64,000 bases of DNA from the IMG/VR virus record IMGVR_UViG_3300021376_000028, positions 1 to 64,000 of that record, one strand, 5' to 3'. How positions within the stretch are numbered: the stretch's first letter is position 1; each line of letters opens with the position of its first letter. The translations under genes were made by a program, and so were the position numbers. Below are positions 25,833 through 34,510 of the stretch, one piece after another. The notes below the pieces were generated by a model that saw only the letters and a program-made list of their open reading frames with translations, ran no database searches and was not told the origin of the DNA. The stretch is from a virus.

Positions 25833-26313
25833 TTATTTCCTCTTTCTTTTTAATTGATAGCAATGACTCTTCAAATTCATTAGAAAACTGCTTATGAAAT
25901 TTTCCAAGATTTGCTGGGGTCAAGTGCTTTAGGTCTTCTATATTTTTCCAACTACGGATCATTGAATTTATCCAGTCTGTCTTTTTACGCTCGGAAGCGT
26001 TTGTTGTAAGACCAAGATGTTGCATAACAACTTCAGGTGTCAAATACACATAAACCAAATCTGAATCTTTCACTTTGTAATAAAGATAAGTGTTTTCAAA
26101 CTTTTCTAAAATCTTCCAACGAGCATAAAAATCTGCTGCAGTAGAAAACTTAATATTACCAATACAAACAGCCATACTGCCGAATACTAAAGATTTAGTT
26201 ATAGCATTTAAATCTGAGTATTCTTCGGGTGTATCTTGATTGTAGATTGTGAACAATTCGTTGGGGTTATCGTTAAAATATTTAACCCTTTCGGCATTCC
26301 AAACTAGCGGCAT
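25825..26313 (-). CDS. Hypothetical protein
   Basis: SD GAAAGGA. Confidence 0.65.
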   Translation of the reverse strand: MPLVWNAERVKYFNDNPNELFTIYNQDTPEEYSDLNAITKSLVFGSMAVCIGNIKFSTAADFYARWKILEKFENTYLYYKVKDSDLVYVYLTPEVVMQHLGLTTNASERKKTDWINSMIRSWKNIEDLKHLTPANLGKFHKQFSNEFEESLLSIKKKEEING

Positions 26314-26335
26314 TGATTTTCCTTTCTATTTTTAA

Positions 26336-26539
26336 TTATTCCTTGGGTTCTTCATAAAGGATATTATCAGAACGATACATTCTTTCAGCTGCGTCCATAA
26401 CAGGCTTGTAATAATACCAAATTTCTTCGTCTCCATTTGCAACACTCGGAGGAATAAGACCTTCCTCGTACAAATCATCATATGCCATTTGTAGATAAAG
26501 CATTTGTGTTGCCTCGTCAGCATCGTCAAAGCGATTCAT
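26336..26539 (-). CDS. Hypothetical acidic protein
   Basis: SD AAGGA. Confidence 0.55.
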   Translation of the reverse strand: MNRFDDADEATQMLYLQMAYDDLYEEGLIPPSVANGDEEIWYYYKPVMDAAERMYRSDNILYEEPKE

Positions 26540-26548
26540 ATTGTTTCC

Positions 26549-26905
26549 TTACAGTTTTAATTTTTCTTTATATTGTAAAATAAGTTGTATCAAAGTATTT
26601 GGAACAGAAGTATCATAACCCTCTTCATCAACATCACCAATAAAAACCACATCACCGGCAATATAATCCCCAAGAAGAATTTTTTCCCCTGAGTCATACC
26701 ACAAAGCTGTTGCAATTTTATTTTCTGGCAAATCGATTAATTTACCCTCATCATTTATATATGCAACAAATCGGAGATTTCCAAAACGCACAACATCAAA
26801 GAATCCACCTACTGCTTCATTCATTTCCTGTGAAGTCCAAGTGCTTGTTATTTCTTCAATATCACCGCTTGCTGATACAGTGATTGCTTTTTTATTTATT
26901 AACAT
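26549..26905 (-). CDS. DUF3846-like protein
   Basis: AVGGFFD..YINDEGKL.DLP.N..AT..I.GDVVF.G. Confidence 0.7.
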   Translation of the reverse strand: MLINKKAITVSASGDIEEITSTWTSQEMNEAVGGFFDVVRFGNLRFVAYINDEGKLIDLPENKIATALWYDSGEKILLGDYIAGDVVFIGDVDEEGYDTSVPNTLIQLILQYKEKLKL

Positions 26906-26911
26906 AGTTAA

Positions 26912-27376
26912 TTAGTACAACCCGTACTCTTCTCTTTCTTCTTCTGTGACTATAGTAACAGTGCTATTGCTTCCCATTGGAGCATCATGATGACTAAGAG
27001 AATAAGTGATTCTATCTTCTTCAATAAATCCCCGCATTATCCACTCGCTTTTGACACTCATTCCCCTGATCAAATCAATAGGTTTGCGTGCATGAACAAA
27101 ACCACTATGATTTCCATCCCATAAACGCAAATTAGAGATTTTCCAAAAACCTGTCTCGTTTTTGTCAAAAAGTTGAGAAGTAATATCAGTAAAAGCAAAT
27201 ATTGCTTCTTCCCAGCAACCAAAACAATCTTCTGAAGGAACAGATTCGTCTGTTTCTTCATCAAATGTAGTACATGTACATACATTTGTAATCTCAAATG
27301 GAACTATTACGCTAAACATTGACATATCTAATAATCTTTCTTTTCTAATCGTCTTGAATTGTTCTATGATGCCCAT
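26912..27376 (-). CDS. Hypothetical protein (SHHDAPMG family)
   Basis: ORF track; start uncertain. Confidence 0.6.
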   Translation of the reverse strand: MGIIEQFKTIRKERLLDMSMFSVIVPFEITNVCTCTTFDEETDESVPSEDCFGCWEEAIFAFTDITSQLFDKNETGFWKISNLRLWDGNHSGFVHARKPIDLIRGMSVKSEWIMRGFIEEDRITYSLSHHDAPMGSNSTVTIVTEEEREEYGLY

Positions 27377-27530
27377 TAATGGGAATTAAAGATGCAACTT
27401 CACCAGTACCAAGAATGTCTGAAAATTTCTTATTGCCGAGAGCTGCTTCGTAAACTTGATCTATAGCATCAGTTACATCTTTTCCAATAACAAAATAAGT
27501 TGCTGTAACTATTATGCTAAACTTTGGCAT
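27345..27530 (-). CDS. Hypothetical protein
   Basis: ORF track. Confidence 0.5.
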   Translation of the reverse strand: MPKFSIIVTATYFVIGKDVTDAIDQVYEAALGNKKFSDILGTGEVASLIPINGHHRTIQDD

Positions 27531-27535
27531 ATATG

Positions 27536-28126
27536 TTACTCTTTCCTTTCTAAAGTTTCATCTATTAATTCATTCAAAGTTTCATCATGGGCTACGACGA
27601 ATGAACCATTATCATCAAATCTATCTTGCAGTGCAGCAAATTTCATTGGCCAATCTTCAACCTGATAGGTATCGTGAACAAGTTGCATTAACCTAAGAAA
27701 CATTAAAGAGTTTCTACTAATTTTCCAATTAGGATTTGATTTCTGAATTACCTCAATAATTTCAACACTACCAACACTTTCTCCTTCTATTTCCTGGGTA
27801 TAGTGAGTAGAATCAATAAGATGACCAATTGCACATTTCAAATTATAAGGAACGCTAAGGCACAAATCTCTGTAAATATCAGAGATTACTGCGTATTTTT
27901 CTTCCTCATCTGAATAAAAATGATCTTTTTCACATTGTTTCTCAGCTTCGTTATAACAATTTTCAAACACAGAATTGTTTCCACCTCTGTATCTGCATTC
28001 GCCATTTTCATCTGTTGACCTTGCGGCTTGCTCAGTCAAAGATTTAACTATGTGTTGATACGCATCTTTATCTGTTTCGATATGGTAATCTTTCATGTTT
28101 TCCTTATAAGAATCTGTGCTTGACAT
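27536..28126 (-). CDS. Hypothetical protein, paralog family A (with insertion)
   Basis: CRYRG..KCAIGHLI..SNPNW..MQLVHD. Confidence 0.7.
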   Translation of the reverse strand: MSSTDSYKENMKDYHIETDKDAYQHIVKSLTEQAARSTDENGECRYRGGNNSVFENCYNEAEKQCEKDHFYSDEEEKYAVISDIYRDLCLSVPYNLKCAIGHLIDSTHYTQEIEGESVGSVEIIEVIQKSNPNWKISRNSLMFLRLMQLVHDTYQVEDWPMKFAALQDRFDDNGSFVVAHDETLNELIDETLERKE

Positions 28127-28749
28127 TATTCCTCGTCCGAAGCCTCATGTATTCTATTTAAAACAATTTCTCCGTTAACAATTCTTCTCAATACATCTGC
28201 TACAACTTTGGGATGAATTGACCAAGTTGCGTTCAAAGTTGAATTAAAATTCAAACCATACTCAAGTTTAACCCGATCCCAAACGGAACGATCTGTACAA
28301 TAGAATAAATCCTGTGCTTCTGCTTCAGCCAAACCAAGATAATCTTTAGCCCAATTTCTCATCCAGCCAGAGTTAATAATTGAATTAAGTTCTCCTAAAT
28401 CATCAGCCAATGGTGCTTCTGCATAATAGTAACCATTCCATTTTGTGCGAGGCTCAACAATTTTATCTGTTGATTGTGAAAAATATGCATCAAGCACAGC
28501 CCAACCTGCAAGGCAAGCAGTTGTGCCACAATTCAATTTTTCTAAATTAGCGTCACAAATTTCGTCTAAAGTATCAGCCAATGATGCTTCTGCATAAATT
28601 TGATCAGCATTGATTGGAAATTCTTCTTGAAGTTCATATGTTTCGTCTTCTTCAAGAACTCTTCCAAACCAAGCACCCATGTGAAAATTTTCTGGGCTTG
28701 CGTTTTCAATTCTATTTGCTAATTGCAGCATTCTTTCTTTATTCATCAT
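28126..28749 (-). CDS. Hypothetical protein, paralog family B
   Basis: MNKERML..FHMGAWFGR..CGTTACLAGWAV..LFYC..SVWD, shared with 39866 ORF. Confidence 0.7.
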   Translation of the reverse strand: MMNKERMLQLANRIENASPENFHMGAWFGRVLEEDETYELQEEFPINADQIYAEASLADTLDEICDANLEKLNCGTTACLAGWAVLDAYFSQSTDKIVEPRTKWNGYYYAEAPLADDLGELNSIINSGWMRNWAKDYLGLAEAEAQDLFYCTDRSVWDRVKLEYGLNFNSTLNATWSIHPKVVADVLRRIVNGEIVLNRIHEASDEE

Positions 28750-28920
28750 TATCCTCAATTTCTTCAATATCTGTGCTTCTACCGGACCATTGAACTATTT
28801 TCATTATCAATGCCCAGTCTTCATTATCTATTTCTTCTTGTCTAAGAATTTGTGCTATCCAATCCATTGCTCCTTTGTCGTCTAAATTATCTGTACGATG
28901 AAACATTGCCATATGATTTC

Positions 28921-29328
28921 CTATATCTGTCTTGTATCAAAAGTATTTGATAAGGAAAAATTTAAGGTGAATGTATATAAACTGTCATCAATTGGTTTTT
29001 GACATTGAGTTATATTCAACCACCAACCTTTGTCTTGAACAGTAATTTGCGTACTATCAGGAAGATCTGCAATCACCTTTTTTAATTCTCCAACAGTGAT
29101 TGTTGGACTATATCTAGTTATTCCACATATCCATTTTTCATAAAGATTGTTTTTCCATGTTAAAAACTCTTCAAACCATTCATCATAGCTTATACCAAAA
29201 GGATATTTTTCAGATGTATCTAAGTTAGAATCAAAATCTAATTCTTCATAAGTTTTTAAAAGTTGCGATAAAGGATTTGTTAAATCCTCAACACATTGAT
29301 AAAACTTTTTTTGTTTCTCTGTTGTCAT
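28921..29328 (-). CDS. Hypothetical protein
   Basis: ORF track. Confidence 0.55.
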   Translation of the reverse strand: MTTEKQKKFYQCVEDLTNPLSQLLKTYEELDFDSNLDTSEKYPFGISYDEWFEEFLTWKNNLYEKWICGITRYSPTITVGELKKVIADLPDSTQITVQDKGWWLNITQCQKPIDDSLYTFTLNFSLSNTFDTRQI

Positions 29329-29346
29329 TTTTTCTCTTTCTGAAAT

Positions 29347-29634
29347 TTATTCAGTTGTGATTATTCCTGTCAGTTCGCTTAGCTTTTCAGTCCAATACCT
29401 ACGAAATCCGTCAGGTACCGATTTGCTATAAAAACTTTGAGATGTAATATTGAAAAATGCGGTTAGCAATTTATTATAATTTATTTCATTCCATTCATAT
29501 TGCTGAATCATTTCTACTGTTTGTTTAACCTGCTTCTCTCCATTTAGAAAAACACGATAGTCGTCGCTTTGATGATATTGCCAGTCTGTTTTGTTAATTA
29601 TTATTGCTAACTCTATAATTTCTTCATTATTCAT
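29347..29634 (-). CDS. Hypothetical protein (DWQY..SDD.RV family)
   Basis: Start ATG29634 after AAGGAG; the upstream extension overlaps the tRNA-like RNA. Confidence 0.6.
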   Translation of the reverse strand: MNNEEIIELAIIINKTDWQYHQSDDYRVFLNGEKQVKQTVEMIQQYEWNEINYNKLLTAFFNITSQSFYSKSVPDGFRRYWTEKLSELTGIITTE

Positions 29635-29651
29635 TTGCTCTCCTTGTTTAG

Positions 29652-29765
29652 TGGGAATGGTGAGAGTCGAACTCACTATACAGTCTTTAGACTAACAGTT
29701 ATCAACTTACCCTAGACAACAAAAGAAGACTGATAGTCGTACTATATACTCCGGCATACATTCCC
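29652..29765 (-). ncRNA. tRNA-like RNA with expanded anticodon arm
   Basis: Acceptor GGGAATG/CATTCCC+A; T-arm GTGAG-TTCGACT-CTCAC; CAGTCTT/AAGACTG stem enclosing ~38 nt; non-canonical D region. Confidence 0.6.
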
Positions 29766-29867
29766 GTGGTGCATATTAATTAGACTTTGCTCATACATAT
29801 GCAAGATATGAGATAACCTCAACCGGTAAGGTTTATTAATTAACAGGCTCTAATCAAACCTGTATCA

Positions 29868-30569
29868 TTATGGCGTTTCAATAGAAGGTATTTGGAAAGG
29901 ATTATACTTTCTATATTCAGCCATAATAACATGTCGATATTTAGTGAAAAACTTGTTATAGTATTTATCAGTGACCGGTCCAAAATAACCGTCAACACCT
30001 ACGCCTATAATTTTCTGTATTTGATAAACGTATTTGTTTTTATCTCCAAGTTTATATTCTCTAAATAAGATCTTTGTAGGAAATTTCTTAAAAAGAACTG
30101 GGTTCCCTACATTCTTTTTACATCCCCAGCCACCAAAACCAACAGCATCTCTAAAGAAAGGTTTTTTAGTTAACTTGTCTTTAAGAGTTATAAATTCATT
30201 TTTAGTTTGATATCCCTGAGTTGATATCCTGTTTGCAACAGTAATTTGCTCTTCAACCGTTGCTAATTCTGGCTTTTTAGCGAACTCTAATCCGCCAAAG
30301 TTAATCCATGTCTGAGTATATATGCCCAATCCACCGGACCATTTTCCTTTGTCTTTCCAGTCACCACCTGTTTCGCATTGGGCCATCCTATGCCAATACA
30401 AATTCAATGCTCTGGGTTTTCCCCGCTCACTAAAAGCAGGGACGTTATTATTAATTTTAATTTCCTGTGTATTTGTTTCAGCCTCAACAGGAACTGGCTG
30501 ATAATAAAAATAGCCGTTCGTGAGAACGGTTAAAAGTAAAAATCTTAATATAAGATGTTTAGTTTTCAT
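29868..30569 (-). CDS. Secreted Rpf-like lytic transglycosylase with peptidoglycan-binding tail
   Basis: Signal peptide; WHRMAQCETGGDW..GGLG..TW..FGG..AT.EEQI.VA Rpf core; C-terminal VDGYFGPVT. Confidence 0.8.
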   Translation of the reverse strand: MKTKHLILRFLLLTVLTNGYFYYQPVPVEAETNTQEIKINNNVPAFSERGKPRALNLYWHRMAQCETGGDWKDKGKWSGGLGIYTQTWINFGGLEFAKKPELATVEEQITVANRISTQGYQTKNEFITLKDKLTKKPFFRDAVGFGGWGCKKNVGNPVLFKKFPTKILFREYKLGDKNKYVYQIQKIIGVGVDGYFGPVTDKYYNKFFTKYRHVIMAEYRKYNPFQIPSIETP

Positions 30570-30761
30570 TTTTCGCTCCTTAAAACTATTGGTTTTACGG
30601 AACATTAATATAGCCTACAAACTACATAACATTTCCGTATTAGCATACTGCTAAGGTTGCGAAACAAGATCACTGCACATTAATAATGCTACTTGTTCCA
30701 CAAGATTACTCTTATAGGCATCACCTCCAAATACATAATTATAATTATATCAGATCTTAAC

Positions 30762-30838
30762 TGGTACCGCATATGGGAATTGAACCCATCAATGGATGTT
30801 TATAAGACATCTGTGTTCAACCAGCTCACCCATGCGGC
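30762..30838 (-). tRNA. tRNA-Ile(UAU)
   Basis: GCCGCAT/ATGCGGT acceptor; GATGT-ctTATaa-ACATC; GGTTCAATTCC; CCA. Confidence 0.88.
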
Positions 30839-30845
30839 TAGTTTA

Positions 30846-31208
30846 TTAGAACTCTAAATCTTCCTCTGGAAGACTAGCAATCAGATCACTAGCATATTCA
30901 GGTCTATTGCCAAGCATCTTCGCCAAGTTGATTCTTTTTTCGCTGTACTTTGAAACATACTCATCTATTGCTTCTCCCATCGGAACACCTTTTTCTTGTG
31001 CAATTTCTTGCATCATTAAAAACATATGAATCATACTTCCATAAACCAAACCTGGCAGGAAAACCGGATTTTTAGCGTCATCTTCTAGGGATGAGATAAG
31101 GAAAGTTATCATCTCTTGACTGTTTTCGGAACAGTGAGCATTGAAAAGTTGCATTATATAATCTGTAAAAAGAACATCTTGATACTCTTTGAATGGCCGG
31201 ATTTCCAT
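30846..31208 (-). CDS. Hypothetical protein, probably leaderless
   Basis: TATAAT 6 nt before ATG. Confidence 0.65.
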   Translation of the reverse strand: MEIRPFKEYQDVLFTDYIMQLFNAHCSENSQEMITFLISSLEDDAKNPVFLPGLVYGSMIHMFLMMQEIAQEKGVPMGEAIDEYVSKYSEKRINLAKMLGNRPEYASDLIASLPEEDLEF

Positions 31209-31437
31209 GATCCAATTATATCACCCGTTCAGGTATAATAAAAGTAAACCTATCGCAGATAATACAGTTATCAAGAATAATTCTCTCATTTTCACTCACC
31301 TCTTTGGGCAAGCAAGTGAGAGGCGATAATCGTTATTATTGTAATTGCTCCATAACCCATTATAAATTTGATCATTATGATTAACCTCACGCCCGTTGAT
31401 TTATTTTTATTCTTAGCGCATTTTGAATACGCAATAG

Positions 31438-31509
31438 TAGGCCTATAGGGAATCGAACCCTACTCCACAGATTAAAAGTCTGTTGCTTCACCATCAAAGC
31501 TTTAGGCCT
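31438..31509 (-). tRNA. tRNA-Lys(UUU)
   Basis: AGGCCTA/TAGGCCT acceptor; ACAGA-ctTTTaa-TCTGT; GGTTCGATTCC. Confidence 0.92.
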
Positions 31510-31524
31510 TTAGACACGCATTCC

Positions 31525-31798
31525 CCTACAAAAAGATCTAACTGGACAATATATACTACTTGTAAGAACCGTCGTATATATTGTCGGATTAATATAATTT
31601 CTTATATTACGGGTTCACAGTCATCTACCGTATAAGCCAAAATCTTATACACAAGTCAAAGCTACAGGCTATTAGCTAGTTGTGTATTGCAGTTAGTTTT
31701 TACAAATAGTGTTTCTATGGACTGAAAGCAGTCCGTTCTGGGATCTCCCCAGACACTCATGCTATTTGTGAGATAACTAACAACTTAGACTTTCCCCT
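31525..31798 (-). ncRNA. Candidate ~270-nt structured ncRNA upstream of tRNA-Lys
   Basis: No ORF in track; multiple nested helices (see findings). Confidence 0.5.
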
Positions 31799-31800
31799 AA

Positions 31801-31998
31801 CTACTCTTCTCGCCAGATTGGATTTTGCAAGATAATAGGTTTATTTTGAACAGGTACAGGTTCAGAATTATTGGAAAATAAACAAGGTTCAGACTCCATC
31901 ATTAGTTTAATTAAAAGAGCTGGTTGAATATTTGTACCTTTAAGTTCTTCAGCCAGTTCTTTCTCATAAGCCTCTATATCGTGAGTGTCTCTATTCAT
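31801..31998 (-). CDS. Hypothetical protein
   Basis: SD GAGGA. Confidence 0.5.
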   Translation of the reverse strand: MNRDTHDIEAYEKELAEELKGTNIQPALLIKLMMESEPCLFSNNSEPVPVQNKPIILQNPIWREE

Positions 31999-32032
31999 TT
32001 AGTGTTCCTCATAATTGTGAAAATTTGCATAA

Positions 32033-32410
32033 CTAATCATGAATAATTTTCCATCTGTCAACGCCTGGAATGAGACCTAATTTAGATCCATCATCCCAGG
32101 TGACAAATACTGTACCAGTATCATCTATATAATCTATTGTACCAAGATCACCATACTGAAGTTTGGTATATTCATCATTGGTGCTAATAAGTTGAATTCT
32201 TTTACTAAGACAATGAAAAGATTGTTTTTCAATTTCAAATGGGTCCATTGTTACTCTTGCATCATTAAGAATCATTTGATCAGTTAATTCAGAGTATTTA
32301 AGAATCTGCAGACCACCATAGTTCTCATCCATGAATTGCTTGCAATTTTCAAGCGATCCAGAATAAAGAACAAACTGATCTCCTATGTCAACTACGTAAT
32401 AAATGCTCAT
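32033..32410 (-). CDS. DUF4314-like (SH3-like) domain protein
   Basis: RIQLI..D.Y..L..GD.GTI.YIDD.GT..V.WD.GS.LGLIPG.D.W. Confidence 0.75.
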   Translation of the reverse strand: MSIYYVVDIGDQFVLYSGSLENCKQFMDENYGGLQILKYSELTDQMILNDARVTMDPFEIEKQSFHCLSKRIQLISTNDEYTKLQYGDLGTIDYIDDTGTVFVTWDDGSKLGLIPGVDRWKIIHD

Positions 32411-32604
32411 TTCGTGCTAGCTTTATCTGAATTTGTAATCATTCCATTTAAAGAAACTTGCCAAGCCTTTTTGGTTTGTGGTTTTGTTTGCTTTAAATAT
32501 TCCTGTTCAGTAGCGGACATTCCATATAAGATTGCTCCTGTGAACGCAATAAGAAAAATTACCGCTCCAAGGCAAAACAAAGTTGTTTCAGACACAATCA
32601 CCAA
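32407..32604 (-). CDS. Small membrane protein
   Basis: One TM helix; coupled overlaps. Confidence 0.5.
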   Translation of the reverse strand: MVIVSETTLFCLGAVIFLIAFTGAILYGMSATEQEYLKQTKPQTKKAWQVSLNGMITNSDKASTK

Positions 32605-32789
32605 TCTCTATCTTTAAGCGCTATCATAAAAGAGCCAAGAGCAAGAATAGAAGGTACCCAAATACCAACATATATTCCATTGAGCTTGTCTAATTCAGTA
32701 TCACCGCCAAAGAAAAGCGAGATGCTAAGAACAAGACCAATAAAGGCTGATAGGATTGTTGTTGATTTAAGAATTTTTAATGGTTTCAT
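32598..32789 (-). CDS. Small membrane protein (GIYVGIWVPSILALG family)
   Basis: Two TM helices. Confidence 0.6.
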   Translation of the reverse strand: MKPLKILKSTTILSAFIGLVLSISLFFGGDTELDKLNGIYVGIWVPSILALGSFMIALKDRDW

Positions 32790-32837
32790 AGTTGTATCTT
32801 TTCTGTTATTGATTTTATAGGACAGGACACGGAAATA

Positions 32838-33401
32838 TTACTCAGCAGTTTCGTCAATTTCCCCCTCTAAATAGATTTTTAAATTTTCAATTTCTTGTTG
32901 AAGAAGTGTATCAACCGGAGATGGTTTTCCAAACTCATGAGTGTACTCATCAACAAAATTAACTTCAACATAACCGTTCTGATAAACCATATCTTTGTCA
33001 GTAAAGACATATCTCCAGTAAGTGCCATCTTCACCTTGGTAAGTAATGTAAGAGCCAGGTTCAATGTACCCCGAAAAACAAGTCAAAAAATAATCTTCGT
33101 TACCGATTTTGTCAGAATATATAAGATCAACAAGATTGCCATCTATATCAAGACGATACTCAAATCCAAGCGCAGTAAGGATTGCAAACATATCGCTACA
33201 AGTTTCTGGGTAGTTATAATCCATCCAAGAGAACCAAACATTTGGATTATAGCGAGTAGTATACTCTTCAGTTTTAGGATGCCTACCACCTCGCTTTAAA
33301 TCATCATGATCGTTCAGTTCACACATTCTTTCGTAGACAGAATTAAAATGCTTTTTATCCAAAAAGATTTTAGTTTCAGCTGTGTTGACATAGTAACCCA
33401 T
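32838..33401 (-). CDS. Hypothetical phage protein (MGY..GEDG..WRY family)
   Basis: SD GAAAGG. Confidence 0.65.
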   Translation of the reverse strand: MGYYVNTAETKIFLDKKHFNSVYERMCELNDHDDLKRGGRHPKTEEYTTRYNPNVWFSWMDYNYPETCSDMFAILTALGFEYRLDIDGNLVDLIYSDKIGNEDYFLTCFSGYIEPGSYITYQGEDGTYWRYVFTDKDMVYQNGYVEVNFVDEYTHEFGKPSPVDTLLQQEIENLKIYLEGEIDETAE

Positions 33402-33431
33402 ATTTTTACCTTTCTGTTGTTACTTATGTTG

Positions 33432-33504
33432 TGGGTATAATGGGATTCGAACCCATACTTTAAAGATTTTAAGTCTTTTGCCTCTGCCGTTGGGCTACAT
33501 ACCC
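33432..33504 (-). tRNA. tRNA-Leu(UAA), short variable loop
   Basis: GGGTATG/TATACCC acceptor; AAAGA-ctTAAaa-TCTTT; GGTTCGAATCC. Confidence 0.88.
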
Positions 33505-33518
33505 GTTTTAACTTTTAC

Positions 33519-33986
33519 TTACAAGATTGTATCCCGGCCAGTATAGTTAAAAAATTGTTCTGTGTAGTTTTCCCATCCAGTTTGATGGACTTTGTTATGA
33601 CAATTCATACAAAGCAAAATTAGGTTTGAATCATCATCATCGCCACCATTTGCAACAGGTATTATGTGATGAACTTGAAACCTAGAATAACCAGATTTAG
33701 TCAAGCAACTTTGACAAACATTATTGTCACGAACCTTGATTCTTTCTCTGGTTATTGGATCAACACCATGTCTAAAAGTACCCTTTTTGATTTTCTTTTG
33801 TGCTTTTTTATAATTGGAATGTTTAACTTTATTATCAATTGTAATTTTGCACAAGTCATTACCACACCATCTTTTATTTCTATAAAAAACTGTTTTGTTA
33901 GCAAAAAACTTGTTATTACAACCAGCACAAATTACTTTACGCTGAATCTCCATGTTCATTCTTGTTGATGTCAATTTTGTACTCAT
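33519..33986 (-). CDS. HNH endonuclease
   Basis: RDNNVCQSC..VHHIIPVANGG..NLILLCMNCHNKVH; start uncertain. Confidence 0.85.
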   Translation of the reverse strand: MSTKLTSTRMNMEIQRKVICAGCNNKFFANKTVFYRNKRWCGNDLCKITIDNKVKHSNYKKAQKKIKKGTFRHGVDPITRERIKVRDNNVCQSCLTKSGYSRFQVHHIIPVANGGDDDDSNLILLCMNCHNKVHQTGWENYTEQFFNYTGRDTIL

Positions 33987-34320
33987 CGCCTATGCTGACT
34001 TTACTAATCAAAGTTTCATAATCATGAAGATCCTCAATAGATAAATTGTGATGATTTAATTCATTAAATAAATTAATATTCTTTACAATTTCTCTATAGG
34101 TAGAAGAGTTTGGATTATAAAAATATTCTTTTGATAACCCTGGTGATTTGCTTCTTGTTGAATATTCAAAAATTCTTGCAAACCAGTTTGTTGGCTTAAA
34201 ACCGTGAACTCTTTCACATATTCTATTAGCTTTAGAAACTGCCTCTGCTACAGATGAAACATCTTCTATTATTACTGGAAAACGAAACTCCACTACAAAA
34301 TAATTTTCATATTTTGGCAT
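33937..34320 (-). CDS. Hypothetical protein
   Basis: ORF track. Confidence 0.55.
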   Translation of the reverse strand: MPKYENYFVVEFRFPVIIEDVSSVAEAVSKANRICERVHGFKPTNWFARIFEYSTRSKSPGLSKEYFYNPNSSTYREIVKNINLFNELNHHNLSIEDLHDYETLISKVSIGDEYKIDINKNEHGDSA

Positions 34321-34510
34321 TATTTACCGCTTATCGCAAACATAAATAAAGCAAGGAATACAATAATTGCTATTGGGAACAATATTATTATTGCACAAAC
34401 AGTAAAAATTTTGCTTAGCGTTGATACTTGTAGCATTTTCAACCTCCTTATAGGTTGTGAAATGCTACCATAGTTGAGTCTTATTAACTTTGATTCCTGA
34501 GTAAAATTTG

